A stretch of DNA of 64,000 nucleotides, from assembly GCA_951406725.2 (NCBI GenBank), contig OX597822.1:63364001-63428000 (forward strand). Reading direction: 5' to 3'. Under the pieces are notes generated by a model, which ran no database searches, had not been told where the DNA came from, and was given only the letters and a program-made list of their open reading frames with translations. Positions 37,489-51,178 of this stretch are shown piece by piece (within the stretch, counting starts at the first letter, position 1; every line of letters starts with the position of its first letter). This stretch comes from Octopus vulgaris. Lineage: Eukaryota. Both the position numbers and the translations under genes were made by a program.

Positions 37489-39022
37489 TCATAACTCTGC
37501 TTTCCACACTAACTTTTCCATTAACTTTTCCACACAAAATCATAACAAGAAAAATATACTAAGTATCCACTATCAAAACTAGCTTTGCGTGATTCAGAAT
37601 TCGATTATTTAGAATTCATGACACAAAAGGTATTAAGTGCTTGAGAATATTATTGATAGTGAAAACCATAAAATTTGCTTGGAAACTATAAGTTGGTTGT
37701 AAATATTACAAACTCTGAGCTTTGGTTATGCACTATTGTAAACACTGAAATGAGTGAAACGTTACATATTTTAATCCGGTTTTACAAATTTTTGACGTGA
37801 TTTCCCTTCAGTTTACAGAATATCAACTGAAATGTTGGTACCAAGATTAATAATGTATCATTTAAGGGACATTAACTAAAAATTTTTAAATGTTCAACTT
37901 TATTTTCATTGCTCTAAGCAACATTTGCTGATCAAGGTTATGAAGCAAACAGTAACAAAAATGACTTTATAATGTATATATTATATATATATAATGAAAA
38001 TATATATATATATATATTGACTAAAAGTAACTGCTTCTTGTATTCACATTTCAAATTCATGATGCTTCATGCATTTTCTCGATGCTTCATGCATTTTCTC
38101 AAAACAAAAGAAATTATTTATATGTGTTTGTGCAGGCATAAAAATACATTGGTTAAGTCCCTTTGTTAGTGATCTTTGGTGTTATAAATTTTAAATTTTT
38201 GTTAAAATTTAAAAGTATACTGTCAACGTTGGTGCTAATTAGCTATTTAAAGCTTTATAAAGGTTCATTAAGAAAAAAAAAGTCATTATACTAAATTAGC
38301 AATGATATCAGGAATTGTTTCAAAACGGATTATTGTTATTCTGTGAATTGAAATTAAAAAAAAAAAGCTATGATGAAGCTGAAGTCAGAAAAAAATGAAA
38401 GCATGCATATACGTCACGTCAAAGAAATTACCTACTCATAACTTCTGCAAATACACACACGAATGTGTGTGTATAAAAAGAAAGATAGAGTATTGTTGAA
38501 AATTGATGAGTAATGGGTATTACAATATCAGGTTCAGTTCTTCCTGTGGGAAAATATATCTACCTTAGACCACTATACTATCCAAGGAGAAACTTATCTC
38601 TGATCCACTGCTATGGAAACTGGAGCTAACTACAGTTACCTTGTGAATCAGAAAAGGATATACAAAAATGATTAGAGGCTAGTGATAGTAGTCACCACTC
38701 TCATTATGCTTAAAATTTTTCACTGACTGAATATATTGCTATAGTGTCTAACTATATATAGTTAAGGAAAACCTCCAGGTGAAGGAGAATTGATACTCAG
38801 GAATGAAGCACAAATGGATCCAAATACCTACCTAGTCTTTATTAACCATTTTGTTAATATATTTATGTGGAAATACACTGCCTTTGTTTGAATTAATGTT
38901 GAAAAAAATGAAGAATTTAATAGACTAACCTTGCCGTTATTAAGCTAGTGTTTAGAACATAAAGTAATGTGAGATTTTGATGGAAGATTTTAATTTATAT
39001 CACCTTAACCCTTTTATTTTTA

Positions 39023-39363
39023 AGTGAAGGCGCATGATTCAGTGGTTAGAGCATCGAGCTTACGATCGTGAGGTTGTGAGCTCGAATCCCGGACCAGGCT
39101 GCGTGTTGTGTTCTTGAGCAAGACACTTTATTTCACGTTGCTCCAGTTCACTCAGCTGTAGAAATGAGTTGCGACGTCACAGGTGCCAAGCTGTATCAGC
39201 CGTTGCCTTTCCCTTGGATAATACTGGTAGCGTGGAGAGGGGAGGCTGGTATGCATTGGCGACTACTGGTCTTCTATAAACAACCTTGCCTGGACTTGCG
39301 CCTGGGAGGGTAACTTTCTAGGTGCAATCCCATGGTCAATGTCGTGACCGAAGGGGGTCTCAG
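39023..39363 (+). mobile_element. tRNA-derived CORE-like SINE inserted into a TTAA-flanked MITE
   Basis: 12-bp TSD AACCCTTTTATT (39007-39018, 39364-39375). Confidence 0.85.
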
Positions 39364-39958
39364 AACCCTTTTATTAGCATATTTTTGTTTAAATACACTG
39401 TCTTTGTTTAATTAATATTGAAAATAATGAAAAATTTTCAGAAAATAATTTCATCATTAACTTGGTGATTGGAGTATGTATTTTCGTGAAAATTTAATGA
39501 AAGATTTCAACTTAGATCATTTTAAAACAGGAAATTCATATCATAAAACCAGGGTTGGTTCAAGCAGTTTGGTACTAAAAGTAGTTAATGATATATGAAT
39601 ATTCATGAACACCTCCATAAATTATAAAAAACATTGTGTAGTAATCATCTGGTTGAGCTTCCTTGGACAGTTCTAACCCATGTATGCCATCCATCTTGGT
39701 CCTGCATTAGTTCAGGGAAGTCTTCGAGGAGGCATCCAGTGACTCTGATGAGTTGATCTACACATTTTGTGTTAGGATGACCTACTCGAGTATGGCCATG
39801 CTGTGGCATCCATAACAGTAGATCACTAGCCATCTGTAGTAATGAATATACATATCATGAAATATACATATATAAAATATAGGTTTAAGACAATAAGTTG
39901 AGTAGGTATCAAACCTCACAACTGAAAAGTCATAAATGAGTTTGTATTTTGTCATTAA

Positions 39959-40177
39959 CCCTTTCATTACTGTATTTCTGTTGAGATGCTCTGTGTTTCT
40001 TCCAATTACTTTAAATATAACAAAGAATTTAGTAAAATAACTTAGTTATCATTCAGCTATTGTTAAGAATATAAATTGTGACTAAGATTGGTGGAAGATT
40101 TAAATTCAAAACTTATGAAAACAAGACATTTGTATTCAAAGCCAGAGCCGGTTTCAGCTGGGTTGATAATGAAAAGG
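39959..40177. mobile_element. piggyBac-like MITE; related degenerate copies at ~38845-39005 and ~39009-39585
   Basis: TTAA|CCCTTTCATTA...TAATGAAAAGG|TTAA. Confidence 0.7.
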
Positions 40178-40989
40178 TTAACACTATGATGTATTTAACT
40201 CTGTTGGTTAAGACACCTTTGTGGTAGGGAATCAAATTATGAATAGAAATGGTCATTATTATACAATGACCCAAACATGGCACTGAAATGACATATATAG
40301 ATACAGGCATGGCTGAATGATTAAGGAGCTTGATTTTGCAATCATGAAATCCCAGGTTCAATCCCACTGCATGGTATTTTATTATGTACCGTTTGTCATA
40401 TCCTCAAAGTCAACTCTTGCCTCGGTTAGAGAAATTAGGTAGACAAAACTATGTGGAAGCTGACTGGATGGACTTACACTGATTCTGCTTGAGGATTTTA
40501 ATATAATAAGGGTACAAGATATAAGTGTTTGTGGAATACTCAACCACAAACATATATAAGTCAATGAGCAGGCAGCTCAGTTGATTGAGCAGCTATAGTA
40601 CTCAGCCTTGAAACTGATAAAAATCTATTTACTTTGGCTTTATATTTGTATATGTGGAGGCACTTGAGTTAGTGGTTAGGGTGTTAAATGCATGATTGTA
40701 AGATTCCTGGACCAGGCAATGCATTGTGTTCTTGAGCAAAACGCTTCATTTCATGTTGCTCCAATCCACAGCAGCTAGCAAAAGTGAGTATTCATGTGAA
40801 GGTCCAGCATACCGTCCAGGAGGGATATATACACCAAAGAATCCAGAAAAACAGCCCTATGAGTCAGTATGACTCAAAACGGAGCTTTATCAATTTTTTT
40901 TTATCCTTTATATATGTGTATAGATGAGACAGATATGTATATTTACTTCTACTTTATGTATAGATGAGAGAGATATTGTGTATGTATAT

Positions 40990-41240
40990 ATCATCATCAT
41001 CATCGTTTTGTGTCTGCTTTCCATGCTAGCATGGGTTAGACGGTTCGATCGGGGATCTGGGAAGCCAGAAGGCTGCACCAGGCCCAGTCTGATCTGGCAG
41101 TGTTTCTACAGCTGGATGCCCTTCCTAACTCAAACCACTCCGTGAGTGTAGTGGGTGCTTTTTACGTGCCACTGGCACAGGTGCCAGACGAGACTGGCAA
41201 ACTGCCACAATCGGATGGTGCTTTTTTTTACGTGCCACAT
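40990..41240 (-). mobile_element. 5'-truncated copy of the RTE LINE 3' end
   Basis: Matches 57626-57850 including the (GAT)n tail. Further fragments at ~45305-45440, 47453-47665, 47850-48030, 52895-52980, 55940-56010 and 57390-57570. Confidence 0.85.
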
Positions 41241-41302
41241 ATATATATATATACACACATATATATGTTTTTCTTTATATGTATGAGTGAAACAGATTAT
41301 TG

Positions 41303-41358
<56 letters not shown>

Positions 41359-41465
41359 TTACTTTATATGTATGAGTGAGAGAGATTATTGTGTATATAT
41401 ATATATTTTACCTCATTTCTTTCAGCCAGTCAGCTGTTATTTTTTTTTTTTTTGTTACACTTTAA

Positions 41466-41689
41466 CCCTTTAGCATTTAAACTAGTCATATCTGACCCAT
41501 ATATTCAACCTGTTTTATGTTCAAACTTATCAGATCCTGCTTCTTACACCTGCCCTACAATGTCACTCTAAAAATTAACAATCACCCCATTGAACAAAAT
41601 TTCAATGCTAGGAGTTGATGCATAATTAACAAAAAGCTATGTAAATAAATATGCATTACATTTGATAAAGTATTCTGGATGCTAAAGGG
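41466..41689. mobile_element. piggyBac-like MITE
   Basis: TTAA|CCCTTTAGCAT...ATGCTAAAGGG|TTAA; second copy at 53090-53303. Confidence 0.8.
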
Positions 41690-41883
41690 TTAAAGAATTT
41701 CATGATTTTTCTCTGCAGATCATTAACTTCGCAAACATTCAATGTGTTTCACACTCAGTGATATTTGGGAGGTATTTCATGATAGAGTGCCAACTGTAAA
41801 TATATATATATATGTAAATAAAGATCTTATCATTACTTTGACTTGTGTATTTCATTACATGGTTATGTATTTCAATTAAAGTT

Positions 41884-42169
41884 TTTATTACCTCTGCCTT
41901 CACTAAGGCAGAGGTATTGTTTTCAGTCACATTTGTTTGTTTGTCTCTTTACTCTTTACTCTCTTTTACTTGTTTCAGTCATTTGACTGCGGCCGGCCAT
42001 GCTGGACCACCACCTTCAGTCGAGCAAATCGACCCCAGGACTTATTCTTTGTAAGCCCAGTACTTATTCTATCGGCCTCTTTTGCCGAACTGCTAAGTTA
42101 CGGGGACGCAAACACACCAGCATCGGTTGTCAAGCAATACTTGGGGGACAAACATAGACACACAAACAT

Positions 42170-42216
<47 letters not shown>

Positions 42217-42676
42217 TACGACAGGCTTCTTTCAGTTTCCGTCTACCAAATCCACTCACAAGGCATTGGTCGGCCCAGCGCTATAGCAGAAGACACTTGC
42301 CCAAGATGCCACGCAGTGAGACTGAACCCGGAACCATGTGGTTGGTTAGCAAGCTACTTACCACACAGCCACTCCTGCGCCTATGTCTGTGTACAAAATA
42401 TCTCAAGAACTGCTGGATGGATTCGGATGGAACTTTTAGGGATGTTTGGCCTCATGACTGACACAAACTGATTAAATTTTGGGATCGATCTGGTACCGGA
42501 CAAGGATTCTGGATTTTTTTCCTGTTTTTTTACTTAATTTTTGAGAGCGGTCAGGTTCATTTTTAATGTTCTCATTTGTGAGGGGAATCGAGTTTATTTC
42601 AAATATTCCCATTTTAAAAATCGTTTCTGACTAATCATTGAGAGGTCATTGGTGGAGGTTTGTGTTCTGAGTACTC

Positions 42677-42678
<2 letters not shown>
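41884..42678 (+). mobile_element. Helentron-associated (HINE/DINE-1-like) element with an S1 SINE (41950-42384, -) in its TTTG microsatellite
   Basis: 5' palindrome TACCTCTGCCTT-cact-AAGGCAGAGGTA, TTTG repeats, 3' subterminal IR GGTGGAGGT, T-rich ends. Confidence 0.6.
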
Positions 42679-42709
<31 letters not shown>

Positions 42710-43459
42710 GCACACTGTAAAAAATACTTAGCAGCATTTTGTCTGTCTTTATGTTCTGTAGTCAACGTAGCCTTTTATCCTTCCAGGGCTCTATAAAGTA
42801 AGTACCTGTTGAGCACTGGAGTCAATGTAATCGACTTGCTCTTTGCCCTGAAATAGCAGGCCTTGTGCCAAAATTTGAAATCGTTATCATTATTATTATT
42901 ATTATTATTATTAAGATGTCAGACTAACAGAATTGTTACCATATTGAAGGAAATGCTTAGCGACATTTCTTCCAGCTCTTTATGTTCTATGTTCAAATGG
43001 TGCCAAGATTGATTTTGCTTTTCATCTTTCAGGGGTCAATAGAATAAATACTAGTTGAGCACTGGGGTCAATGTAATCGGCTTACCCCACCCTCTGAAGC
43101 TCCTGGCCTTGTGCCAATATTTGAAATCATCCTTATTATTATTATATTCCTTCAGTTTTTATAAATGGAAAAACTGATGAAAGAAAAATATAAGTTGCTG
43201 CATCTTATTACTGAATGAAATTTGTGAATAAATTGAAATTGAAATCCACAGAAAACAGATATTTTGTAATGACCAAATGGGATTTTTACGTTAGAAATTC
43301 ATAAGGTGCATGTATGACTGTAGTTATGAAGCTTACTTCCCAGCTTAGTGTTCTTGGGTTCAGTTCCACTTCAAGGCATCTTGGGGATGTGCCTTCAAAC
43401 TATAGGCCTTGTAAGTGATTGACAAAAACTGAAAGAAGCCCATTGTGTGTATATGTATA

Positions 43460-43720
43460 TATATTTTTTTTACTAGGGAAGGCCAGTTTATGGGATTACT
43501 CTGGGTTTCCCATCCATAAAGGGTTTAACTTTATGGCATATTGCCTGAGGCCAACAGGTTTGGGAGTTTGATGATATGCCATAAAGTTAAACACTTTATG
43601 GATGGGAAACCTAGGGTAATCCCATAAACCAGCTTTCCCCAGTAAAAAATATATACTGCTCTACTTCTTAGAGTGTGCTTCTTCTCCAGATTTATGTTTT
43701 CTACAAATGATACATATATT
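43460..43720. mobile_element. Fold-back element in the microsatellite of a degenerate S1 SINE
   Basis: Inverted arms at ~43460-43541 and ~43574-43655 plus a 3' tail. Confidence 0.7.
43557..43630 (+). ncRNA. Degenerate type I hammerhead motif with extended stem II
   Basis: Stem I GGTTTGGGAGT/ATCCCATAAACC; TTGATGA (C3>U) at 43568-43574; stem II CCATAAAG/CTTTATGG; GAAA at 43606-43609; stem III CC-tag-GG; then TA. Confidence 0.55.
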
Positions 43721-43797
43721 TATTTACTGATACGGTTGTACATAGGATAAATGTGTTTGAAAGTTGTGGTTTCTTTGGTTTGTTTGTTCCCAAACAT

Positions 43798-44166
43798 AAG
43801 CGCAAGAGTGGCTGTGTGCTAAGACACTTGCTTCTCAATCACATGGTTCCGGGTTCAGTCCTACTGCGTGGCACTTTGGGCAAGTGGCTTCTACTATAGC
43901 CTCGGGCCGACCGAAGCCTTGTGAGTGGATTTGGTAGATGGAAACTGAAAGAAGCCCATCGTATATATGTGTATATGTTTGTGTGTTTGTGTTTGTCCCA
44001 CCAACATTGCTTGACAACCGATGCTGGTGTGTTTACGTCCCCGTAACTTAGTGGTTCAGCAAAAGAGAACAATAGAATAAGTACTAGGCTTACAAAGAAA
44101 AGTTCTGGGGGTCAATTTGCTTGACTAAATGTGGTGCTCCAATGACTGAAACAAGTAAAAGAGTAA
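43798..44166 (+). mobile_element. SINE family S1
   Basis: Head-to-tail match with other S1 copies. Confidence 0.85.
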
Positions 44167-45764
44167 ACAACACTTGTTTTAGTGCTGTTGCACTGCTGGA
44201 TTGAATGGTACTGCCCAGATGTCAAAACCATAATGATATCTGTGGGGCAGCTGATGATGGCGGTATGTTGGATTGTTGGTATGGCTGTGGAATAGTATTA
44301 TAACATATCCTTTTGATATATATATATATATGTGCGTGTGTTTTACTTGTTTCAGTCATTGCCTTAAAGAATCTTTTAGTCAGATGAATCAGCTCTAGTA
44401 CTCATCCTTTTTTGAAGTCTGGTATTTATTGTATCATTCTCTTTTACCAAACTGCTAAGTTATGGAGATGTAAGCACACACACACACACACACATATATA
44501 TGACAAGCTTCTTTCAGTTTCTATCTACCAAATCCATACACAAAGCTTCAGTCAGCCTGAGGCTCTGGTAGAAATTTTATTGCAATTCACTACATCCTAC
44601 AATCAAATCGTGCTGGAATCAACAACCAATTAAATAAGCAAATGTCAAGAGGTTTGAAAGCTCAAAATTGAACAGGAAGTAGTAACTCCTTCAGAGATAA
44701 GTATATTCTTCAAAAACGATGCTAAGTAATTACATGAAACGCCACCAGAGATGTGTTGGACATTAAATCATTAAATGAATTCTTTAAAAAAATTATTTAA
44801 AGCATTAGGACTGTAAGTCAGAGTTAATATATTTAATGTGTGGAATATTAAAAAGCTAGCTAGAAATAAATATGCAATGAGGATAAAAAGAAAATTATAC
44901 TAGCCAACAAGTAACAATATTTTCATTTTTTTCTTTAAGTGTGAGAGATAACTCTGAATTTGTTTTGGTATTATTCTGACCTCATCAACTAAACACATCC
45001 TTCATCATACCTCCTGAAGTTGTAGTGTGGTCTAAATAAGATGTATTGATTTTCTTATGTAGTTAATATCTCTGAATTATTTAATCTTGAAAGAATTAAA
45101 GATAAAGACTGCAGAAATGACAAAATGAAGAAAAAAGCTGGATAGAAATAGTTATGGCTGTGTTTAAAAACCCCAGTTTGGAACCATATGGTTTTGAGTT
45201 CAGTCCACTGTGTGGCACCTTGGGCAAGTGTCTTCAATAGTAGCCCTGGGCTGACCAATGTGTTGTGAGTGAATTTGGTTGACAGGAACTGTAGAAGCCC
45301 ATAGTATCATAATCATCATTTAACATCCATCTTCCATGCTGGTATGTGTTGGACAGTTTGACAGAAGCCAGCAAGCCCAAAGACTGCAATGATCTACCAT
45401 CTTCTTTGAAATGGTTTCTACAGCTGGATGCCCTTCCTAATGCATATGTCTATGTGTATGTCTTTGTGTTTGTGTCTGCACACCTCCTACTGTTTGATGA
45501 TCAGTGTTAGTTTGTTTACGTTCCTGCAACTTATCAGTTTGGCAGAAGAGACTGGTAGAAGTACAAGACATAAAAACAGAAGTACTGGAGTCAATTTGCT
45601 TGACTATAACCCTTTGAGGCAGTACTCCAGCATGAGCGCATCCAAAGACTGAAACAAGTTCAAGGTAAAAGATATTTGAGAGAATATAGAAAAGTACATA
45701 ACACAGATTAATAGAAACTAATTTTATTCTTTAGAAAACATTGAATGAAATACATTTCCTATAT

Positions 45765-46326
45765 TTTTTTTTTATTTATGCGCCCTTTTCAAGCCTAGCC
45801 AGGCTCATGGGTCTGGTTTCCCGGTTTCTGTAGCATATGTGTTCCCTCCAGCTGAACGGGATGCCAGTCCATCACAGCGTTACTCAAGAAACAGGAAGAG
45901 AGAGTGAGAGAAAGTTGTGGCAAAAGAGTACAACAGGGGTCGCCACCACCCACTGCTGGAGCCTCATGGAGCTTTAGATGTTTTCGCTCAATAAACACAC
46001 ACATCGCCCAGTCTGGGAATTGAAACCACAATCCTCCAACTGTGAGTCCGCTGCCCTAACCACTGGGCCATTGCGCCTCCACAAATGTTCCTTCTTGAGC
46101 TATGCCAGGCTCATAAGGGCTGGTTTCAGTAGTGTAGAACTTCCCCACCTGGACAGGACGCCGGTCCGTCACAGGATTACTCATTTTTGCCAGCTGAGGG
46201 GACTGGAGCAACATGAAAATGAAGTGTTTTGCTCAAGAACACAACGCATCGCCTGGTCCAGGAATCGAAATCGCAACCTTACGATCATGAGTTCAACACC
46301 CTAACCACCAAGCCATGCGCCTCCAC
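45765..46326 (-). mobile_element. Two head-to-tail SINEs (CORE-like 46083-46326 and S2 45765-46082) inside one TSD
   Basis: 13-bp ACATTTCCTATAT at 45752-45764 and 46327-46339. Confidence 0.85.
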
Positions 46327-48699
46327 ACATTTCCTATATAGCATTACTAATATTGGCTGTAACTAGTCTGAGCAGAATAAAACAAAGGCGCTGCAGACAG
46401 TAAAAGCACTTCCATTTTAATATTAGGACATGTTAGTTCAGGTTAAGTTATGTAATTCAGAAATTTAATGTTTATGACATGAATATTAGGCAATGATATC
46501 GTGAACACAATTTTCTTTTAATGCTAGAATTGTAAAAGAAATGCTCAATCAGTAGGCATGTGGTGCATAAATGATTTTATGCATAGGTATGCTGGTTTGC
46601 ATCCATACAAGTGAGTCTGTATAATTGTATAAACATGTGTGTCTCCATACAAATGAGTCTGCTAACATCTGTAATGTAACAACCATTTAATACATGCTTT
46701 GTTATGGAAGTCTGCTGCAAAGGACAGATGCAGAGTAGTTTGTAATGAAACATTCACCCAAACATTAAATAATTACTACAAAAGTAACAAAAAAAGCTTT
46801 TGCTTTCAATAGCTGTTTGAATCAGAGATGATAAAGTATGAACATAGGAGATAGGATCACCGTAGCCATTAAGGGAACCACTGATGTGAAAAGATTGCTA
46901 ATGGATAGTATACAGTTAGATTACTACTTGAAAGCAGAACAAGTAAAAAGTTGATTTTTTGTAAGCTTTAGTTCTAGAGCTATTTCAAATAACAGAACCA
47001 AGTGTGGGGACACTCTAAATCAAACAAATACTAAATTTACTTAAATAACTAAATGAAAAACAAGTACCTGTACATTAGTATAAAATATACAAATTTATTA
47101 ATACTGTACTGAGCAAGGTACCAGTAAAATAGTCTGGTGGCTACAGGAATTTGAAGTGAATTAGTATGGATTATCAGTGTCCAGAAAGTCAGTGCTGTAC
47201 CTGTATTTGGATTTAAGAAAGACAGGCTCACAAATTCGTTATGAGCAAGATTTAATCCAGCACATTTCGGTTCAAACTCAACTGGGCGACAGCTATGAAC
47301 ACAACTCTAGTTTGACAGAATCATAAGAGATTTGAATAAAGTGTCTATGGTATTTATGTATAGCAATTTATCTTCTGTGTTTAGAACACACCAATGATCA
47401 ATTTTGGTTATAATCTTTCAATGAGAATGATAAAATAAAGTAGCAGCTATATAATCATCATCATCACCATCATCGTTTAACGTCCGCTTTCCATGCTAGC
47501 ATAGGTTGGACGAATGACTGAGGGCTGGCGAACCAGATGGCTGCACCAGACTCCAGTCTGATCTGACAAAGTTTCTACAGCTGGATGCCCTTCCTAACGC
47601 CAACCACTTCGAGAGTGTAGTGGGTGCTTTTACGTGCCACCGGCATGGGGCGAGTCAGGCGATGGTACCATAATCAACTTAATATTTCTATAAAGCATTC
47701 TAGACATGAATGGAATTATAAAACATTACGCCAGCATTTCCAGACTTCATGGTTAGAAACAAAACATTTTCGAAACAAATACTTATTCATTTTGGTTTTT
47801 ATGCATGCAGTTATGTTAAATACAATTTAAAACAATTTATAATATGTATTACTGGATATGGTGCCACATAAAAAACATCCAGTCCACACTGTAAAGTTAG
47901 GAAGAGCATCCAGCCGTAAAAACCATGCCAAAACAGACAGTAGAGCTTGGCGCAGTTTCTGACTTGCCAGCTGCTGTTAAATCGTCTAACCCATGCCAGC
48001 AAGGAAAGCGGACGTTAAATGATAATGATGGTTTGGTTAGGGTTAAGGCCTTTAGGGTTTAAGGGTTATGATTTACGGTTTAGGATTAGAGTTGGTCACA
48101 AGTGGAAAGTTCCTCTAGATATTAAGCTTAAATAATTTCTAATTCCTCGAAAACAGAAAGGGTGGTTTTCTGCCGAAATTTTTTTATCGCAAATATTATT
48201 TGCGCATGTGCTAAAAGCAAAACAAATCTGATTGTTTGCTATTTGTTTTGAAAATTTTCTATTTCGAACCGTCATCACAATATAGGAGCAAACTCCAGAA
48301 ATACCGGCGAAAAATCAGCAGATGCTAAGAGTTCAGGAGGAATCAAGCCAGTCTGTTAAATATTGCCTCGATATCGATAATTGATTACTAGAAGTAACTT
48401 ATAGTTATGTGAAAATGCATAGGTATGTCAAAATTATATGTACTGAAAACTTCAGAGAAACTTAACGTTGGCAAATCTGTTTGAAAATAAATTTGAGTAA
48501 CTCGTTTTCATTTCAAAATGAATGAAATATTATTTAGATTATCGAAGAAAAAAAAAATGGAAGCTTTTAAAGCAGTTTTAACCCCTCGGTTAGACAGTAT
48601 CACAGAGAAATTATATTATCTTACGCAACCTAGATTGCAAGTGGCGGGTGTTATATAATGTTAACAAATATACAATTTTATTTCGTTTTCCACCGATTT

Positions 48700-48756
48700 C
48701 CAATTCTTATTTTACAATGTAACAGGTCACGTGATTACTTACAAGAAATATGGCGG
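48700..48756 (+). promoter_or_regulatory. Putative housekeeping-type promoter: E-box GTCACGTGA and YY1-like AATATGGCGG over the start codon
   Basis: GTCACGTGA at 48726-48734; local CpG enrichment; directly precedes a short coding exon with a consensus donor. Confidence 0.6.
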
Positions 48757-48768
48757 ATACCGAAGCAG
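48750..48768 (+). CDS. Exon 1 of an unidentified gene (MADTEA, phase-1 intron)
   Basis: AATATGGCG start context and CAG|GTAAGC donor. Confidence 0.7.
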
Positions 48769-50941
48769 GTAAGCGCGCGGGAAAACAATAGGTTTTCCGT
48801 GTGATTTTATGTGTCTAATTACTTTTATTTGAAGTATATTTTCTTCGCAACAAAGCATTGTTCAGTTTCCTTCCCTTTTGTGAATAATTATCGTTCAACC
48901 AATGATTATATTAGTTTGTTTCGCCGCTTATTGAGAACCAGTACCAACGATTTGGAAGAAGCTCCATATACAATAATCCCCGACTTCTCATTATTAAAGT
49001 TCTTTTTTTGCACCTTTTTATTATTAATTTAATATTTAAACCTATTATCTTTCTGAAAACGATAAGCGGGTGTGAGGTTAAAACACCAATCAATCCGAAA
49101 CCAAAATATTAACGACACCCCCTTCACTTATTTCAATAACACTTCCCACCCATTTCACCGAAACAAAAACCAATAATTGTTAACCTGTATTATTAAAAAC
49201 TATTATTCATATAAATAATAGTTGAATTATTAAAATGCATTTAATTACTCGTATCCATGATCACTTTGCTTTTTACCAAAAAAATCTTGTGTATTTCAAC
49301 TAATAGCACTAAAATATTTTAATGTGCATAGAAAATGGATTTTAAAAGAATTCAACAATACAGCAATCTTTACTCTTCATAATTCGCATTTGTGTCAGAA
49401 ACATAATAAAAAGCAATTTTTAAAAAAAATATGGGTTTCATCTAGATTTAATTTCATGAAGACTAGATGTTTCTTTGTCTAGTTGGTTTTGAATATTCGC
49501 TGACATTGTTTTTGTTCTGGCAGGTAAACTAATAAAAGCTAAAAGCATATATTTTATTGTCAACACTTCTAATCCAGTTTTTACTTAGATGGTTAATTTT
49601 TTCCCAACAGATTAGTGTTATTTTTCATTAGTTTTCTTAAGCCATCCTCTTAATCACGGTTTCTTCTATTGTTTTCATACTTTCAACTTTGCTTTTATTT
49701 ATTGTTTTTTTGTTGTTGTTCTGTTTTGTTTATTGGAAATCTTATTATCTTCACATAGATCTAGTTTGTACGTTGTCTCCCGGTCTAATTATATTTTTTA
49801 CAGAGGTTAAGTCACTTAATGTAAAATTGTAAATCATTTTGGTAATGACTAGAAATTCAACTTGGATATTTAAAAACAAAAAAACAAACGAAAAAAAAAA
49901 CAATCGTGTTTTAGAACAATTGCCGTTCATGTGTAGGTATATATGTTGATTATATTATGAAGATATGTGCTCTTTTACTATTGGAATAGTTTGTCTTGAT
50001 GTTTATTAAATTTTACAGTGCACTACCACAACTTAGAAAACATACATGACGTGAAGGTTACATCGAAATCTAACGAAACGAACCACAATTTGAACGTTAG
50101 TCATGTGACATAAATAGTTCCTGTCTTTGGGATTGATAGATTGTTGGCAATTAAAGAGAGAAGCATTTTGGTAGTTGAATCTGGATTATCTTCCATAGAA
50201 CATCGAATGGAGACAAATTGCTTTCATTTCTATATAGTTCATTCTTGTTGAAAAAAAAAGAAAAACAAAATCTAGATTGTTTTCGGGAATAAAATTATTA
50301 TATTAAATAAAAAAAAAAAAACGTTTTAGAATAATTATATGTAATTTAATATCTTAACAAGAGTAATTTCAGTTCGCTAATCTAAGCGAGAAAAACATGC
50401 ACAACTCATTTCCTGTTTTCCCCCCCTCTATTCTAAAATACTCATGTTAGAAGAGTTAGTTCCTCATATGTAAATTCAGTAAATTAAATTCTATATTGAT
50501 AATTATTGTATGGTTGTTGTCTTCATGTTAATACCAGTAGGTAAATGTCATTCGTGGTCGTACAGAGATGAGAAATATGTTTACATTTTTATATATTACA
50601 ATAATTCTTTCTAAAATATTTTTTTTTTAGATGTCCTAGTCTATATTCTGCTTTTGACTTCTGTCGCTTGTGAATTAACGTATCAGGTTATTGTACACCA
50701 TAAGCGAAGCAACCTAAATATATATTGTTACATAGCTTTATTTGTGTGTTGCTTTTGCAAATATACTGTAATGGATGTAAATCTGTATTAGTAGTAATAA
50801 TGGTGTTAGGGGCATAACTAATAACTGAAATCTCTACCTAGTTTTAGGGGATTAAGAGATGATATGAAACTCTATTTACGAATAATATTACTAAGATACA
50901 TCGATAAAATAAGTACCATTTAAGTACTGGGGCATTCTTTC

Positions 50942-51178
50942 GATATAACTCGACAAAATCAAAACATTTCACTTCGGGTATTTCCGTGGAAGCAAATGAC
51001 AGTTTTGATTCTGTTTTCTGCTTGGAAATTTGCGGATTTTTACATACACGCATGAAACAGGTAAGAACAAATATGCAAGTTTAAAATGAGATATTGCTGG
51101 CATAATTTCGTTATATCTATACTCCACAACCCACGGAAATACCCGAAGTGAAATGTTTTGATTTTGTCGGGTTATATC
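50942..51178. mobile_element. MITE-like element with 48-bp inverted ends inside an S3 remnant
   Basis: GATATAACTCGACAAAATCAAAACATTTCACTTCGGGTATTTCCGTGG and its reverse complement (1 mismatch). Confidence 0.8.

Noticed and set aside
41937-42471. ORFs with recurrent QIHSQG..EDTCPRCHAVGLNPEPCGW peptides (many loci)
   Set aside because: They are antisense translations of the S1 SINE, not a protein family.
50631-50686. Possible extra exon after TTTTTTTTAG
   Set aside because: The donor is weak (CAG|GTTATT) and the phase is incompatible with the exon at 56261.
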